DNA from: Rhodothermales bacterium
GTDB taxonomy: Bacteria > Bacteroidota > Rhodothermia > Rhodothermales > JANQRZ01
Direction: 5' to 3'
Assembly (NCBI GenBank): GCA_965214485.1
Contig: CBDCBW010000002.1
Coordinates: 107,759-171,758 of the forward strand
Length of the DNA stretch: 64,000 nt
Shown here: positions 39,228 to 48,945 of the stretch, piece by piece
Position numbering within the stretch: the first letter of the stretch is position 1
How the letters are laid out: the number at the start of each line of letters is the position of its first letter
Translations under genes and position numbers: made by a program
Notes under the pieces: generated by a model
What the model was told of the DNA's origin: nothing
Databases searched by the model: none
Seen by the model: only the letters and a program-made list of their open reading frames with translations

Positions 39228-40655
39228 TCAGAGGCTCGGGGCGAGCTCCGCGAAGCCGTCCTCTCGGTACTTCTTCAGCTTGTTGCGGATCGTCCGGGCG
39301 CAGATGCCGAGCTTCTCGGCGGCCTCGCGCTGGTTGTTGCCCGAGGTGGCGAGCGCCTCCAGGATCATGTGGCGCTCCATCTCCTCGATCGTGAGGAGGT
39401 CCCCGTTGCGGTCGGTGACGGTCACGCCTGCCGGCGCGCTCCCCGGTGCGCCGGCGAAGAAGGCGTTCATCACGTCCTCGGTCGAGATCGTGTCGGCCTC
39501 GGCGGCCATCACGACGCCGCGGTGCATCATGTTCTCGAGCTCGCGGACGTTGCCGGGCCAGTCGTAGTGCCCGAGCCGCCCGAGCAGGTCCGGCGCGAGG
39601 GTCTTCGCCGGGAGCCCGTAGAGGGTGCTGTACTTCTCCACGAACCGCTCAGCCAGGAGGGGGACGTCGGAGAGCCGGGCGCGGAGCGGCGGCAGCGTCA
39701 CCGGGAACACCGCGAGGCGGTGGTAGAGGTCCTCGCGGAAGACCCCGTCGGCGACGGCCTGCCCCAGGTCGCGGTTGCTGGTCGCGATGATGCGGACGTT
39801 GGCCCGGCGCGGCTTCGGGTCGCCGAGGCGGCGGTACTCCCGCTCCTGAAGCACGCGCAGCAGCTTGGCCTGCACCGAGAGCTCGACCTCGGTCACCTCG
39901 TCCAAGAGCAGCGTCCCCCCCTCGGCCTGCTCGAACGCACCGACCACGTCGTCCACCGCGCCGGTGAAGGCCCCTTTCTGGTGGCCGAACAGGTGGCTCT
40001 CGACGAGCTCGTGCGGCAGGTTCGCGCAGTTGATGGCGACGAACGGCCCGCCCGCCCGGTCGCTCTCCTCGTGGACGAGCCGGGAGACGACCTCCTTTCC
40101 GGTCCCGCTCTCGCCGTGGACGAAGACCGGCGCGAGGCTTTTCGCCAGGCGCGGGACGAGGGCCCGCAGCGCCTCGATGCTCGCGTGCTCGCCGACGAAC
40201 GAGGTCCCCTCGGCGGAGGCCGCGCGGCGGCGCGGAGCCGGGGTCGGCGCGGGAGCCTCGGGCGCGCCGAGCCGGGCGACCTGCTCCTGCACGCGCTCCA
40301 GGAGCGCGGACGTGGAGAACGGCTTCGGGAGGTAGTCCACGGCCCCGTTCGCCATCGCCTGCACGGCGTGCTGGATGTTGGCGTGCCCCGTGATGATGAT
40401 CACCCCGATGTGCGGGCACGTCTGGCGCACGTGGGCGAGCAGCTCGAACCCGTTCATCTCGGGCATCTGGAAGTCCGAGATGACGAGGTCGATCTCCTCT
40501 CGGCCGAGCACCTCGACGGCCTGCGAACCGCTGTGGCAGTTCGTGACGCGCATCCCATTCCGGGTCAGCAGGCGCTCGAGGACGTCGTGGAGCAGGTGTT
40601 CGTCGTCGACGACGAGGACGTGGGGGTGGCGCGCGGGCGGAGCGAGGGCGGGCAT
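39228..40655 (-). CDS. Sigma54-dependent response regulator (FlgR/FleR/FlrC-like)
   Basis: Receiver domain VLVVDDE..LVISDFQMPEMNG..KPF. AAA+ domain GESGTGKEV with GAFTGA. C-terminal Fis-type HTH. The ATG at 40655 is preferred to 40787. Confidence 0.85.
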   Translation of the reverse strand: MPALAPPARHPHVLVVDDEHLLHDVLERLLTRNGMRVTNCHSGSQAVEVLGREEIDLVISDFQMPEMNGFELLAHVRQTCPHIGVIIITGHANIQHAVQAMANGAVDYLPKPFSTSALLERVQEQVARLGAPEAPAPTPAPRRRAASAEGTSFVGEHASIEALRALVPRLAKSLAPVFVHGESGTGKEVVSRLVHEESDRAGGPFVAINCANLPHELVESHLFGHQKGAFTGAVDDVVGAFEQAEGGTLLLDEVTEVELSVQAKLLRVLQEREYRRLGDPKPRRANVRIIATSNRDLGQAVADGVFREDLYHRLAVFPVTLPPLRARLSDVPLLAERFVEKYSTLYGLPAKTLAPDLLGRLGHYDWPGNVRELENMMHRGVVMAAEADTISTEDVMNAFFAGAPGSAPAGVTVTDRNGDLLTIEEMERHMILEALATSGNNQREAAEKLGICARTIRNKLKKYREDGFAELAPSL

Positions 40656-40854
40656 AGGGGCGAAGACTTGCGGTGACGTAAAACGATGGGCTGCGAGACC
40701 TCGGCCAACTGCGCCCTTATTCGACGAAACGACCCTTGGCTTCGACGAACGGCCCCGCTGTTTCGACGAGCTGTCGTCAAATGACATACCTCTTTCAGCG
40801 TGCTCCTCGCATCCTCAATTTTCCCAAAGTGCTCCGTGTCGTGCGCTCTGGCGC

Positions 40855-41607
40855 TCAGTCCGTGTAGTTCGCAGGAGGCGGGAGTAGAAGTGTAAACGTG
40901 ACGCCGGTGTCTGCGCCGGCCGCGCCGCGCGTGGTGAGCTGCAGGCTGCCCCCGTGCGCCGAGGCGATGCGCCGCGCCATCGCCAGCCCGATCCCGAGGT
41001 TGCTGGACTTGGTGGTGCAGAAGGGCGAGAAGGCGCGCGCCTCGTCCAGGTCAAGCGCCCCGGCGTTCCACACCTCGAAGCGCACTCCCGGCGGCTCGGC
41101 TGAGCCGGCGGCGTGTTCCCGTCGGACGGAGCACCGGACGGAGCACCGGACGGCCGGGCCCTCGCCGCGGCCGCCGGCGGGCTCGCTCGCTGCGCGGGCG
41201 GCGTCGAGGGCGTTCTCGAGCAGGATGAGCAGCGCCTGCTGCAGCAGCAGCGGATCGGCCTGGACCACGACGTCGTCCGGCACGTCGAGGGCGACGTGCT
41301 CGCGCGCGTCGCCGAGGCCGGTGAGCACATCCTCCATCAGGCGGCGCGCCTCCAGCGCGCGCGGCACCGGGGCGATGCTGAAGCTGTAGCGGTGGAGGTC
41401 GGCGAGCGTCCGTTCGAGCGCGGCCACGCTCTCGAAGATGCGGAGCACCAGGTCGCGCTCGGCGGCGGCCCCGGCGGTGTCGGCCAGCATCTCGGTGTAG
41501 CACTGGATGCTGGTGAGCGGGCCGCGCATCCGGTGCGCCAGCACCTGGGCGAGGTCGGCGAGGGGCTGGTCCTCGGGGGGGGCATCGGGGGGCAGGCGAG
41601 CGAGCAT
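40855..41607 (-). CDS. Soluble histidine kinase (FlgS/FleS/FlrB-like, no TM or sensor domain)
   Basis: H-box LAHRMRGPLTSIQ. N-box LLENALDA. G-box KSSNLGIGLAMARRIASAHGG. The ATG at 41607 is preferred to 41895. Confidence 0.75.
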   Translation of the reverse strand: MLARLPPDAPPEDQPLADLAQVLAHRMRGPLTSIQCYTEMLADTAGAAAERDLVLRIFESVAALERTLADLHRYSFSIAPVPRALEARRLMEDVLTGLGDAREHVALDVPDDVVVQADPLLLQQALLILLENALDAARAASEPAGGRGEGPAVRCSVRCSVRREHAAGSAEPPGVRFEVWNAGALDLDEARAFSPFCTTKSSNLGIGLAMARRIASAHGGSLQLTTRGAAGADTGVTFTLLLPPPANYTD

Positions 41608-41761
41608 GACGGTCGGAGCGGGCAGGGGGCGCGGTAGCTGTTGTCGGCGTCGGCAAGTTTTTCCGAAGGCCGAGGGGACCTTCTTCCCGGCTCCACGCGC
41701 GCTGCCGGGAGGCCGGCGCGTGGCGGGCTGCCGTGCGCGAACGGACGGTTGGGGCGATCTG

Positions 41762-41848
41762 AGGCACAAACCAGGCCTCGCCGCTCCGGCGGACAGGCAC
41801 TCCGCCGGAGCGGCCCCGGGCTCCCAGACCGGGCGGCACAGGGATTGT
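41762..41848 (+). promoter_or_regulatory. Two candidate sigma54 (-24/-12) elements upstream of flgB
   Basis: aGGCACaaaccagGCc (GG 41763-64, GC 41775-76) and cGGCACagggattGTc (GG 41835-36, -12 reads TTGT). Both are imperfect. Confidence 0.25.
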
Positions 41849-41881
41849 CGGACGGAGCACGCACGCAGACCCTCGACCCTC

Positions 41882-42220
41882 ATGGACACCCCCAAGCTCT
41901 CCGTTCTCCGCCACGCGATGCAGGCCTACGCGATGCGGACCCAGGCCCTCGCCGGCAACATCGCCAACCTCGACACGCCGGGGCACCAGCGCGAGACGGT
42001 CCGCTTCGAGGCCGAGCTCCAGGCGCGCCGCCGCAGCACCCCCGGCCTCCGCACGCCCGAGGACGTCCAGGCCCGCTACCAGGCCGAGGACGGCCCCGCC
42101 CTGCTCGAGGACGAAATGATGAGCCTCGCCGACACCCAGATGCGGACCCAGCTCACGTCGCGCGCCCTCCGCGAGCACTTCGACCTGCTCCGCACCGGCA
42201 TCACCGGCCGCACCGGCTGA
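41882..42220 (+). CDS. flgB: Flagellar basal-body rod protein FlgB
   Basis: MDTPKLSVLRHAMQAYAMRTQALAGNIANLDTPG rod N-terminal motif, and first gene of the cluster. Confidence 0.8.
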   Translation: MDTPKLSVLRHAMQAYAMRTQALAGNIANLDTPGHQRETVRFEAELQARRRSTPGLRTPEDVQARYQAEDGPALLEDEMMSLADTQMRTQLTSRALREHFDLLRTGITGRTG

Positions 42221-42293
42221 GGCCGTCCGTGATGCGCGAGGCCGGGCCCGACTGCCGAGCCGCGCTCCCCCTTCTCACCCTCCCGCCCGCGCC

Positions 42294-42797
42294 ATGCCGA
42301 TCATCCGAAACACGCCGTCGCTCTCGGTCTTCCGCACCGCCGCGCGCGGGCTCGAAGCCCAGCGCCTCGCCCTCGGCGCGGCGACGGACAACATCGCCAA
42401 CGCCACGTCGTCGCGCGCCGAGGACGGCAACGCCTACGCCGTCAAGCGCGCCGTCACCAACGCCGACGAGCGGCAGGGGCGCTTCGGGCGGCTCCTCACC
42501 GAGGCCAAGACCAGCCTCCAGCGCACCGACGACCGCCACCTCCCCAACGGTCGCCTCACCGGGCGCTTCCGCGACCCCGACGCGGGCCCCGCCACCGAGC
42601 TCACCGAGACCGACGCCGAGCGGCTCGAATACGACCCCGACCACCCGCACGCCGACCTCGACGGCTACGTCCACTACCCCGACGTGAACGTGGTCGAGGA
42701 GATGACCCACATGATCTCGGCGGGCCGCATCTACGAGGCCAACCTCACGACCGTCCAGGCGGTCAAGGAGATGCTCAAGCGCACGCTAGAAATCTGA
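42294..42797 (+). CDS. flgC: Flagellar basal-body rod protein FlgC
   Basis: GLEAQRLALGAATDNIANA ... YPDVNVVEEMTHMISAGRIYEANLTTVQ. Confidence 0.9.
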   Translation: MPIIRNTPSLSVFRTAARGLEAQRLALGAATDNIANATSSRAEDGNAYAVKRAVTNADERQGRFGRLLTEAKTSLQRTDDRHLPNGRLTGRFRDPDAGPATELTETDAERLEYDPDHPHADLDGYVHYPDVNVVEEMTHMISAGRIYEANLTTVQAVKEMLKRTLEI

Positions 42798-42804
42798 CCG
42801 ACCT

Positions 42805-43098
42805 ATGAAGATTCCTCACCACCGGCAGGCCGCTGCCGCCGCTTACACGCGCGCCCAGACCCCGGCCCCGCCGGCCCAGCCTCGGCCCGCCCCAGCGACG
42901 AGCGCCGCCGAGCCCACCGCCGAGCCGAAGCCCGGCGCGGCGGCCCAGCCCCACCCGCTCTCCGGCGACGAGCAGCGGATGATCGACCGCTACTTCCCGC
43001 CGCAGCCCGAGCTCGCCCTGCGGCTCTACGGCCCCGGGCGCGACGCGCAGACCGTCAGCCCCACCGCCCTCGGTGGCCGCCTCGACCTCAACGCCTAG
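42805..43098 (+). CDS. Hypothetical Pro/Ala-rich protein (97 aa) between flgC and fliE
   Basis: ATG 7 nt after the flgC stop. High GC3. The only structured-looking segment is LSGDEQRMIDRYFPPQPELALRLYGPG. No family recognised. Confidence 0.5.
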   Translation: MKIPHHRQAAAAAYTRAQTPAPPAQPRPAPATSAAEPTAEPKPGAAAQPHPLSGDEQRMIDRYFPPQPELALRLYGPGRDAQTVSPTALGGRLDLNA

Positions 43099-43189
43099 CC
43101 GGAGTGTGCGAGGCTGAGGGTGTCCGGGGGACTTGAGTCCGACACTCCGCCCCGCCGCACACGCTCAACCTCCCATCCCCTTCGCTGCC

Positions 43190-43501
43190 ATGACCGTCTC
43201 CCAGCTCAAGCGCCTGCGCCAGGTCACCCCCACCGGGGGCGACGGCTTCCCGCGCACGCCCTTCGGCGCGGACGCCGAAGGGACCGGCTTCGGCGACACC
43301 CTCGCCGCGGCCATCGGCAAGGTGGACGGCGCGCAGAAGATCGCCGACGAGAACGTCGAGGCCTTCATCGCCGGCGAGCAGGAGAACGTCCACGAGGTGA
43401 TGATCTCGATGAACGAGGCCAAGATGCACTTCCAGCTCATGACCGAGGTCCGCAACCGGATGCTCGAGACCTACCAGGAGCTGATGCGGATGCAGGTCTA
43501 A
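43190..43501 (+). CDS. fliE: Flagellar hook-basal body protein FliE
   Basis: FGDTLAAAIGKVDGAQKIADENVEAFIAGEQENVHEVMISMNEAKMHFQLMTEVRNRMLETYQELMRMQV. The ATG at 43190 is preferred over the TTG at 43133. Confidence 0.85.
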   Translation: MTVSQLKRLRQVTPTGGDGFPRTPFGADAEGTGFGDTLAAAIGKVDGAQKIADENVEAFIAGEQENVHEVMISMNEAKMHFQLMTEVRNRMLETYQELMRMQV

Positions 43502-43565
43502 CCAACGACGAGCGCCGAACGACGAACACTCGCTCGTCGCTCGTCGCTCGTAACTCGTCGCTTGA

Positions 43566-45161
43566 ATGGCTTTTTTCCAGAACCTCCGCCAGTTCCTCCT
43601 CCGGCTCGCGCCGGCGCAGCGGCTCACGCTAGGGCTCGTGCTCGTCGGCGGGCTCGCGGTCCTCGGCGGGATCGGGTACTGGGCCAGCCAGCCGGACTAC
43701 GCCCTCCTCTTCGGGCGGCTCGACGCGACCGACGCCAACCGCGTCGTCGAGACGCTCCGGGCCGAGGGCATCCCGTACAAGCTCGAAGACGGCGGCGGGG
43801 CCATCCACGTCCCGCGCCAGCAGGTCTACGACCTCCGCCTCCGCTTCGCCGGCGAAGGCGTCGTCTCCGAAGGGCCGGTCGGCTACGAGCTCTTCAACAG
43901 CGGCACGATCGGGATGACGGACTTCATGCAGAAGCTCAACTACAAGCGCGCCCTCGAGGGCGAGCTCGCCCGGACGATCTCGAACATCCGCCAGGTGGCG
44001 CAGGCGCGGGTCCACCTCGTGCTCCCCGAGCGCAGCCCCTTCCGCGACCGCCAGACCAAGCCCAGCGCGAGCGTCGTCCTCCAGCTCGGCGGCACCGGCC
44101 TCGACGCCGAGCAGACCGAGGGCATCGCCTCGCTCGTCGCCGGGGCCGTCGAGGGCATGACCCTCTCGGACGTCACGGTGCTCGACACGCGCGGCACGCT
44201 GCTCTCGAACCCCGACGCGGGCAACCCCGACGTGACGCTGACCTCGAACCAGCTCCGGACCCAGCTCGCGGTCGAGAGCCACCTCGCCCAGAGCGGGCAG
44301 TCCCTCCTCGACCGGATGCTCGGGCCGGGGCGGGCGGTGGTCCGCGTCGCCGCCGCGCTCGACTTCAGCCGGACCGTCGAGGAGAGCGAGGCCATCGACC
44401 CCGAGAGCGCCACCGTCATCAGCGAGGAGCGCCTCGAGGAGCAGGCCGCCGCCGACGCCTCGAACGCCACCGTCCGCAACTACGAGCTCAGCCGCTCGCG
44501 CGCCCGCACCGAGCGCACCGCCGGGGCCATCGACGTGCTCACCGTCTCGGTCGTGCTCGACTACAGGCCGCCCGTCCAACTCGCCTCGGAGGCCGGCGCG
44601 CCCCAGCCCGAGCCGGAGCCCTACACGCAGCGGCAGCTTCAGGAGGTCGAGGACCTCGTCAAGAACGCCGTCGGCTTCAGCCCCGAGCGCGGCGACCGCT
44701 TCGCCATCCACCAGGCCCGCTTCGACACGTCCGCCGACGACCAGCTTGCCGAGGAGATGGACGAGATCGGGCGCAACGAGCGCTTCCAGCTCTACCTCCG
44801 CTACGGGCTGATGGCGCTCGCGCTCGGGCTCGCCGCCTTCCTCATCCGCTCGACCGTCCGCAGCGTCGCAAGCGCCGACGGCGGGCCGCTCGCGCTCGGC
44901 ACCCGGCAGGCACCCCGCGCGCTCACCGGACGCCACACCGCCGGCGCGCTCGCCGAGAACGCCGCCGCGCCCGCGCCCGCCGCCGAAGCGGCCCTCCCGG
45001 TCCCGGCAGACGACCCCTACGCGAGCAAGCTCTCGGCCGAAGCCAAGTCCCGCCTGCGCGCCCAAAAAACGGTCTACGAAGAGGTCAAACAGAGCGTCCT
45101 CGACCGCCCCGAGGAGGCCGCCGACCTGCTCAAAACGTGGATCACCGAAGACCTCGCCTAG
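43566..45161 (+). CDS. fliF: Flagellar MS-ring protein FliF
   Basis: N-terminal TM helix, NRVVETLRAEGIPYKLEDGGGAIHVP, a second TM helix near the C-terminus. 531 aa. Confidence 0.9.
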   Translation: MAFFQNLRQFLLRLAPAQRLTLGLVLVGGLAVLGGIGYWASQPDYALLFGRLDATDANRVVETLRAEGIPYKLEDGGGAIHVPRQQVYDLRLRFAGEGVVSEGPVGYELFNSGTIGMTDFMQKLNYKRALEGELARTISNIRQVAQARVHLVLPERSPFRDRQTKPSASVVLQLGGTGLDAEQTEGIASLVAGAVEGMTLSDVTVLDTRGTLLSNPDAGNPDVTLTSNQLRTQLAVESHLAQSGQSLLDRMLGPGRAVVRVAAALDFSRTVEESEAIDPESATVISEERLEEQAAADASNATVRNYELSRSRARTERTAGAIDVLTVSVVLDYRPPVQLASEAGAPQPEPEPYTQRQLQEVEDLVKNAVGFSPERGDRFAIHQARFDTSADDQLAEEMDEIGRNERFQLYLRYGLMALALGLAAFLIRSTVRSVASADGGPLALGTRQAPRALTGRHTAGALAENAAAPAPAAEAALPVPADDPYASKLSAEAKSRLRAQKTVYEEVKQSVLDRPEEAADLLKTWITEDLA

Positions 45162-45239
45162 CGCTCTGACCCGGTGGTCCTGACGTTCTCGGTGTCCCGC
45201 CCGCCGCGCTTTATCCCCGCCCAGCTGCACGTCCCCGCT

Positions 45240-46298
45240 ATGTCCGAAACGCTCGCCCTCCAGGCCCCCGCCGCGCCGGCAGCCGAGGCCGCTCCGCCTG
45301 ACGCTACGCTCTCCGGCGTCCAGCGAGCCGCCGCCTTTCTCATCCTCCTCGGCGTCGAGACGGCGAGCAAGGTGCTGGCCTTGCTCCCCGGCGACATCGT
45401 CGAGCGCGTCTCGATCGAGATCGCCCAGCTCCAGAGCATCCCGAGCGAGACCGTGGATGCGCTGCTCCTCGACTTCCGCGACACGTCGCTCGCCCGAAGC
45501 TACGTGGCCCAGGGCGGCCTCCCCTACGCCCGCAAGGTGCTCGAGAGCGCGCTCGGACCGGAGCGCGCGGGGGAGGTCATGATGCGGGTCGAGGCCGCGA
45601 TGCAGGTCTCGGCGTTCCACCTCCTCCAGACGGTCGAGATCGGGCAGCTCACCTCGTTCATCGAGCGGGAGCACCCGCAGACGGCAGCCCTGATCCTGGC
45701 GCACCTGAACCCGCGCAAGGCCAGCGAAATCCTCGCAGGGCTCCCCGAGGACCAGCAGGGCGAAGTCGTCTACCGGCTCGCGACGATGGGGACGACCTCG
45801 CCTGCGCTGCTCCGCGACATCGAGGCCGTGATCCGCGACCAGATCGGGGCCGTCTTCGGGGCCGAGGTCAGCACGACAGGCGGCGTCAACCAGGTCGCCG
45901 AGATTCTCAACAACGCGCCGCGCGCCGCCGAGCGGGTGGTGATGGAGGCCCTCCGCGAGCGCGACGCCGAGCTCGCCAGCGCCGTTAAGGGCCTGATGTT
46001 CGTCTTCGACGACCTGACCGGCATTGCCGACCGGGACCTCCAGCGCCTCCTCGTCGAGGTCGAGCAGAAGGACCTCGTGCTGGCGCTCAAGGGGGCCCCG
46101 GAGGCCTTCAAGGAGAAGGTCCTCGCCAACGTCAGCGAGCGCGTCGCCGAGACGATCACGGAGGAGCTCGACCTCCTCGGGCCGGTCCGCGTCAGCGAGG
46201 TCGAGGAGGCGCAGCAGCGGATGCTCGAGAAGGCGCAGGAGCTCGAGGAGAGCGAGGAGATCACGCTCTCCAACTCCGGCCAGGACCAGATGATCTGA
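45240..46298 (+). CDS. fliG: Flagellar motor switch protein FliG
   Basis: LSGVQRAAAFLILLG..ASKVL, EHPQTAALILAHL, MFVFDDL, C-terminal torque helix region. The ATG at 45240 is preferred. Confidence 0.9.
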   Translation: MSETLALQAPAAPAAEAAPPDATLSGVQRAAAFLILLGVETASKVLALLPGDIVERVSIEIAQLQSIPSETVDALLLDFRDTSLARSYVAQGGLPYARKVLESALGPERAGEVMMRVEAAMQVSAFHLLQTVEIGQLTSFIEREHPQTAALILAHLNPRKASEILAGLPEDQQGEVVYRLATMGTTSPALLRDIEAVIRDQIGAVFGAEVSTTGGVNQVAEILNNAPRAAERVVMEALRERDAELASAVKGLMFVFDDLTGIADRDLQRLLVEVEQKDLVLALKGAPEAFKEKVLANVSERVAETITEELDLLGPVRVSEVEEAQQRMLEKAQELEESEEITLSNSGQDQMI

Positions 46299-46305
46299 GC
46301 CCCGG

Positions 46306-47085
46306 ATGCGCCCTTCGTCCCCCGTCATCAAGCAGACCCCCAAGCCGCCTCGGCACGCCGAGCCGCCCCGGCACGCCGAGGCAGCCGACTCCGAGTTCAC
46401 CGGCGGCGTCATCCGCGGCGCAACCCGGTTCGAGCCCGCCTCGCTGGAGACGGCGGAGTGGGCGGCGGACCTTCCGCTGCCGCCGCCGAACGATTCACCG
46501 CTCGCTGCGCCGGACCGCGGCGCGCTGCGCGCCGAGTGGGAGGCCGAGTGGACGCGGCGGGCCGACGCCGAGCGCGAGGCCGCCGTCGCGGCTGCCCGCG
46601 GCGAGGCCTACGCCGCGGGCGTCGCTGAGGCCCGCGCCGAAGGGCAGGCCGAGCGCGAGGCCGAGCGCCTCGCCTTCGCCGACGACGCCGCCCGGCTCCG
46701 CGCGCTGTGGGAGGACCACCTCGCCGCGCTCGACCCCCTCCTCGTCGGCCTCGCCGTGGAGGTGGCCGAGGCGGTGGTCGACGGGCCGCTCGGCGAGGAC
46801 GCCCACGCCGCCCTCGCCGCTGCCGTCACGAGCGCCGTCGAACGCCTCGCGGCGCAGCCGCCGCTCGTCGTGACGCTGCACCCCGTGGACCACCTTCGCC
46901 TCGAGGAGAGCGGGCTTGCCGAAGCGCTCACGGCGTCGCACCCCAGCCTCCGGTGGGTGCCGGACCCGGCACTCGCCGAGGGCGACTGGAGCCTCGACGC
47001 CGCCGGGGCCAGCGTCCGCCGCGTCCGCGCCGAGGTGCTCGGCGACCTGCGCCGCCGCCTCGGCCTGGAGCCGGACGCCGGATGA
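46306..47085 (+). CDS. fliH: Flagellar export ATPase regulator FliH
   Basis: Ala/Glu/Arg-rich coiled coil followed by a C-terminal domain. Positioned between fliG and fliI, with an ATGA overlap with fliI. Confidence 0.7.
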   Translation: MRPSSPVIKQTPKPPRHAEPPRHAEAADSEFTGGVIRGATRFEPASLETAEWAADLPLPPPNDSPLAAPDRGALRAEWEAEWTRRADAEREAAVAAARGEAYAAGVAEARAEGQAEREAERLAFADDAARLRALWEDHLAALDPLLVGLAVEVAEAVVDGPLGEDAHAALAAAVTSAVERLAAQPPLVVTLHPVDHLRLEESGLAEALTASHPSLRWVPDPALAEGDWSLDAAGASVRRVRAEVLGDLRRRLGLEPDAG

Positions 47086-48422
47086 CGGTCTTGTCGCACG
47101 CCCTCCAGCAAGCCCGCGCGCTCCCGCGCGGCCCCGTCGCCTACGGCAAGGTGCGCTCGATCGTCGGCCTGCTCGTCGAGGCGAGCGGGCTCGACGCCGC
47201 CGTCGGCGAGCTGTGCTACATCTACGAGGGCACCCAGCCCACGGGCCGCCGCATCAAGGCCGAGGTCGTCGGCGTCCGCGCCGAGGCCGCCGTGCTGATG
47301 CCGCTCGAGGAAACGCACGGCCTCCGGGCCGGGAGCCTCGTCCAGCGCTCGCGCCTCCCGCTCGCGGTCCGCGTCGGCCCGGCGCTGCTCGGGCGCGTGA
47401 TCGACGCCAACGGACGCCCGATTGACGGGGCCGGTCCGCTCACCCTCCTCGGCGAGCGGCCGGTGCAGGCTGCGCCGCCGCCGGCGATGGAGCGGCAGCC
47501 CGTCGACACGCCGCTCTCGACCGGCGTCCGCGCCGTCGATGCCTTCACGACGCTGGGCAGGGGGCAGCGCCTCGGCATCTTCGCCGGGTCGGGCGTCGGC
47601 AAGAGCACGCTGCTCGGGATGATGGCCCGGCAGACCGAGGCCGACGTCAACGTGATCGCGCTCATCGGCGAGCGGAGCCGGGAGGTGCGCGAGTTCGTCC
47701 ACGACACGCTCGGCGAGGAGGGGCTGCGCCGCTCGGTCGTCGTGGCCGCCACCGGCGACCAGGCGGCGATGCTCCGGGTCAAGGCCGCCACCGCCGCGCT
47801 CGCCGTCGCCGAGCACTTCCGCGACGAGGGCCGGGACGTGCTCCTGATGATGGACTCGGTCACGCGCGTGGCCACCGCGCAGCGCGAGATCGGCCTCGCC
47901 GTCGGCGAGCCGCCGACGACGCGGGGCTACACGCCGAGCGTCTTCGCCCTACTCCCGCGCCTCTTGGAGCGCGCCGGGCCGGGGGCCGTCGGCACGATCA
48001 CCGGCCTGTTCACCGTACTCGTCGACGGCGACGACCTCGACGAGCCGGTGGGCGACGCCGCGCGCGGCATCCTCGACGGCCACATCGTGCTCTCGCGGAA
48101 GCTGGCGCACGCGGGGCACTTCCCCGCCATCGACGTGCTCCAGAGCGTGAGCCGCGTGATGGACCGGGTGACGACGCCGGAGGCGCGCGCGGCGGCAGCC
48201 GAGGCCCGACGCCTGCTCGCCGCCCACCGCGAGGTCGAGGACCTGGTCCGCGTCGGGGCCTACGAGCGCGGCCAGGACCCCGTCGCCGACCGCGCGCTCG
48301 GCGCGCACGCTGCCCTCACCGGGTTCCTCCGGCAGGCCGTCGGCGACGCGCCCGACCCGGCCCCCGCCGCGACCCTCGGCCGCCTCCTCGGCCTCAGCCG
48401 CCTCCCCGGCGAGGCCGGGTAG
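47082..48422 (+). CDS. fliI: Flagellum-specific ATPase FliI
   Basis: Walker A GSGVGKST, LLMMDSVTR Walker B region, RGYTPSVF. 446 aa. Confidence 0.9.
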   Translation: MTVLSHALQQARALPRGPVAYGKVRSIVGLLVEASGLDAAVGELCYIYEGTQPTGRRIKAEVVGVRAEAAVLMPLEETHGLRAGSLVQRSRLPLAVRVGPALLGRVIDANGRPIDGAGPLTLLGERPVQAAPPPAMERQPVDTPLSTGVRAVDAFTTLGRGQRLGIFAGSGVGKSTLLGMMARQTEADVNVIALIGERSREVREFVHDTLGEEGLRRSVVVAATGDQAAMLRVKAATAALAVAEHFRDEGRDVLLMMDSVTRVATAQREIGLAVGEPPTTRGYTPSVFALLPRLLERAGPGAVGTITGLFTVLVDGDDLDEPVGDAARGILDGHIVLSRKLAHAGHFPAIDVLQSVSRVMDRVTTPEARAAAAEARRLLAAHREVEDLVRVGAYERGQDPVADRALGAHAALTGFLRQAVGDAPDPAPAATLGRLLGLSRLPGEAG

Positions 48423-48493
48423 CGCGCTTGGCGCACCGCTTGCCTTTCTCTCGGCACGCGCCGCCCCTCCCCCAAACGCTGCCGTTTGCCTCC

Positions 48494-48943
48494 ATGCCTG
48501 GAAAGACGTTCCGCTTCTCGCTGCAAACCGTTCTCGACCTGCGCCGCCGCGAGACCGAGGCCGCCGAGCGGGCCCTGGGCCGCACGGTGCAGGCGCGCCG
48601 GTCGCAGGAAGAGCGCCTCGCCGCCGCGCGCCGCGACCGGGCCGACGCCTGCGCCGAGACCCCCGCCGGCGCGCTCGACTCGGCCGCGCTGCGCCGCCGC
48701 GCCGGGCACCTCCGCGACCTCCGCAGCTCCGAGGCCGCCGCCGCGCGCCGCCTCGACGCCGTCCGGCAGCAGGAGGCCGAGGCCCGCCGCACCCTCGTCG
48801 CGCGCCGCCGGCCGGAGGAGGCGCTGAAGGTGCTCCGCGACCAGCACGTCTCGGCCTTCGAGCGCGCGCGCTCGAAGGCCGAGACGGCGTTTCTCGACGA
48901 GCAAGCCACCACCGGACACCACCGTAACCAACGCGCAGCCTAG
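48494..48943 (+). CDS. fliJ: Flagellar export chaperone FliJ
   Basis: FRFSLQTVLDLRRRETEAAERAL start and an all-coiled-coil 149 aa protein following fliI. Confidence 0.7.
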   Translation: MPGKTFRFSLQTVLDLRRRETEAAERALGRTVQARRSQEERLAAARRDRADACAETPAGALDSAALRRRAGHLRDLRSSEAAAARRLDAVRQQEAEARRTLVARRRPEEALKVLRDQHVSAFERARSKAETAFLDEQATTGHHRNQRAA

Positions 48944-48945
48944 CC

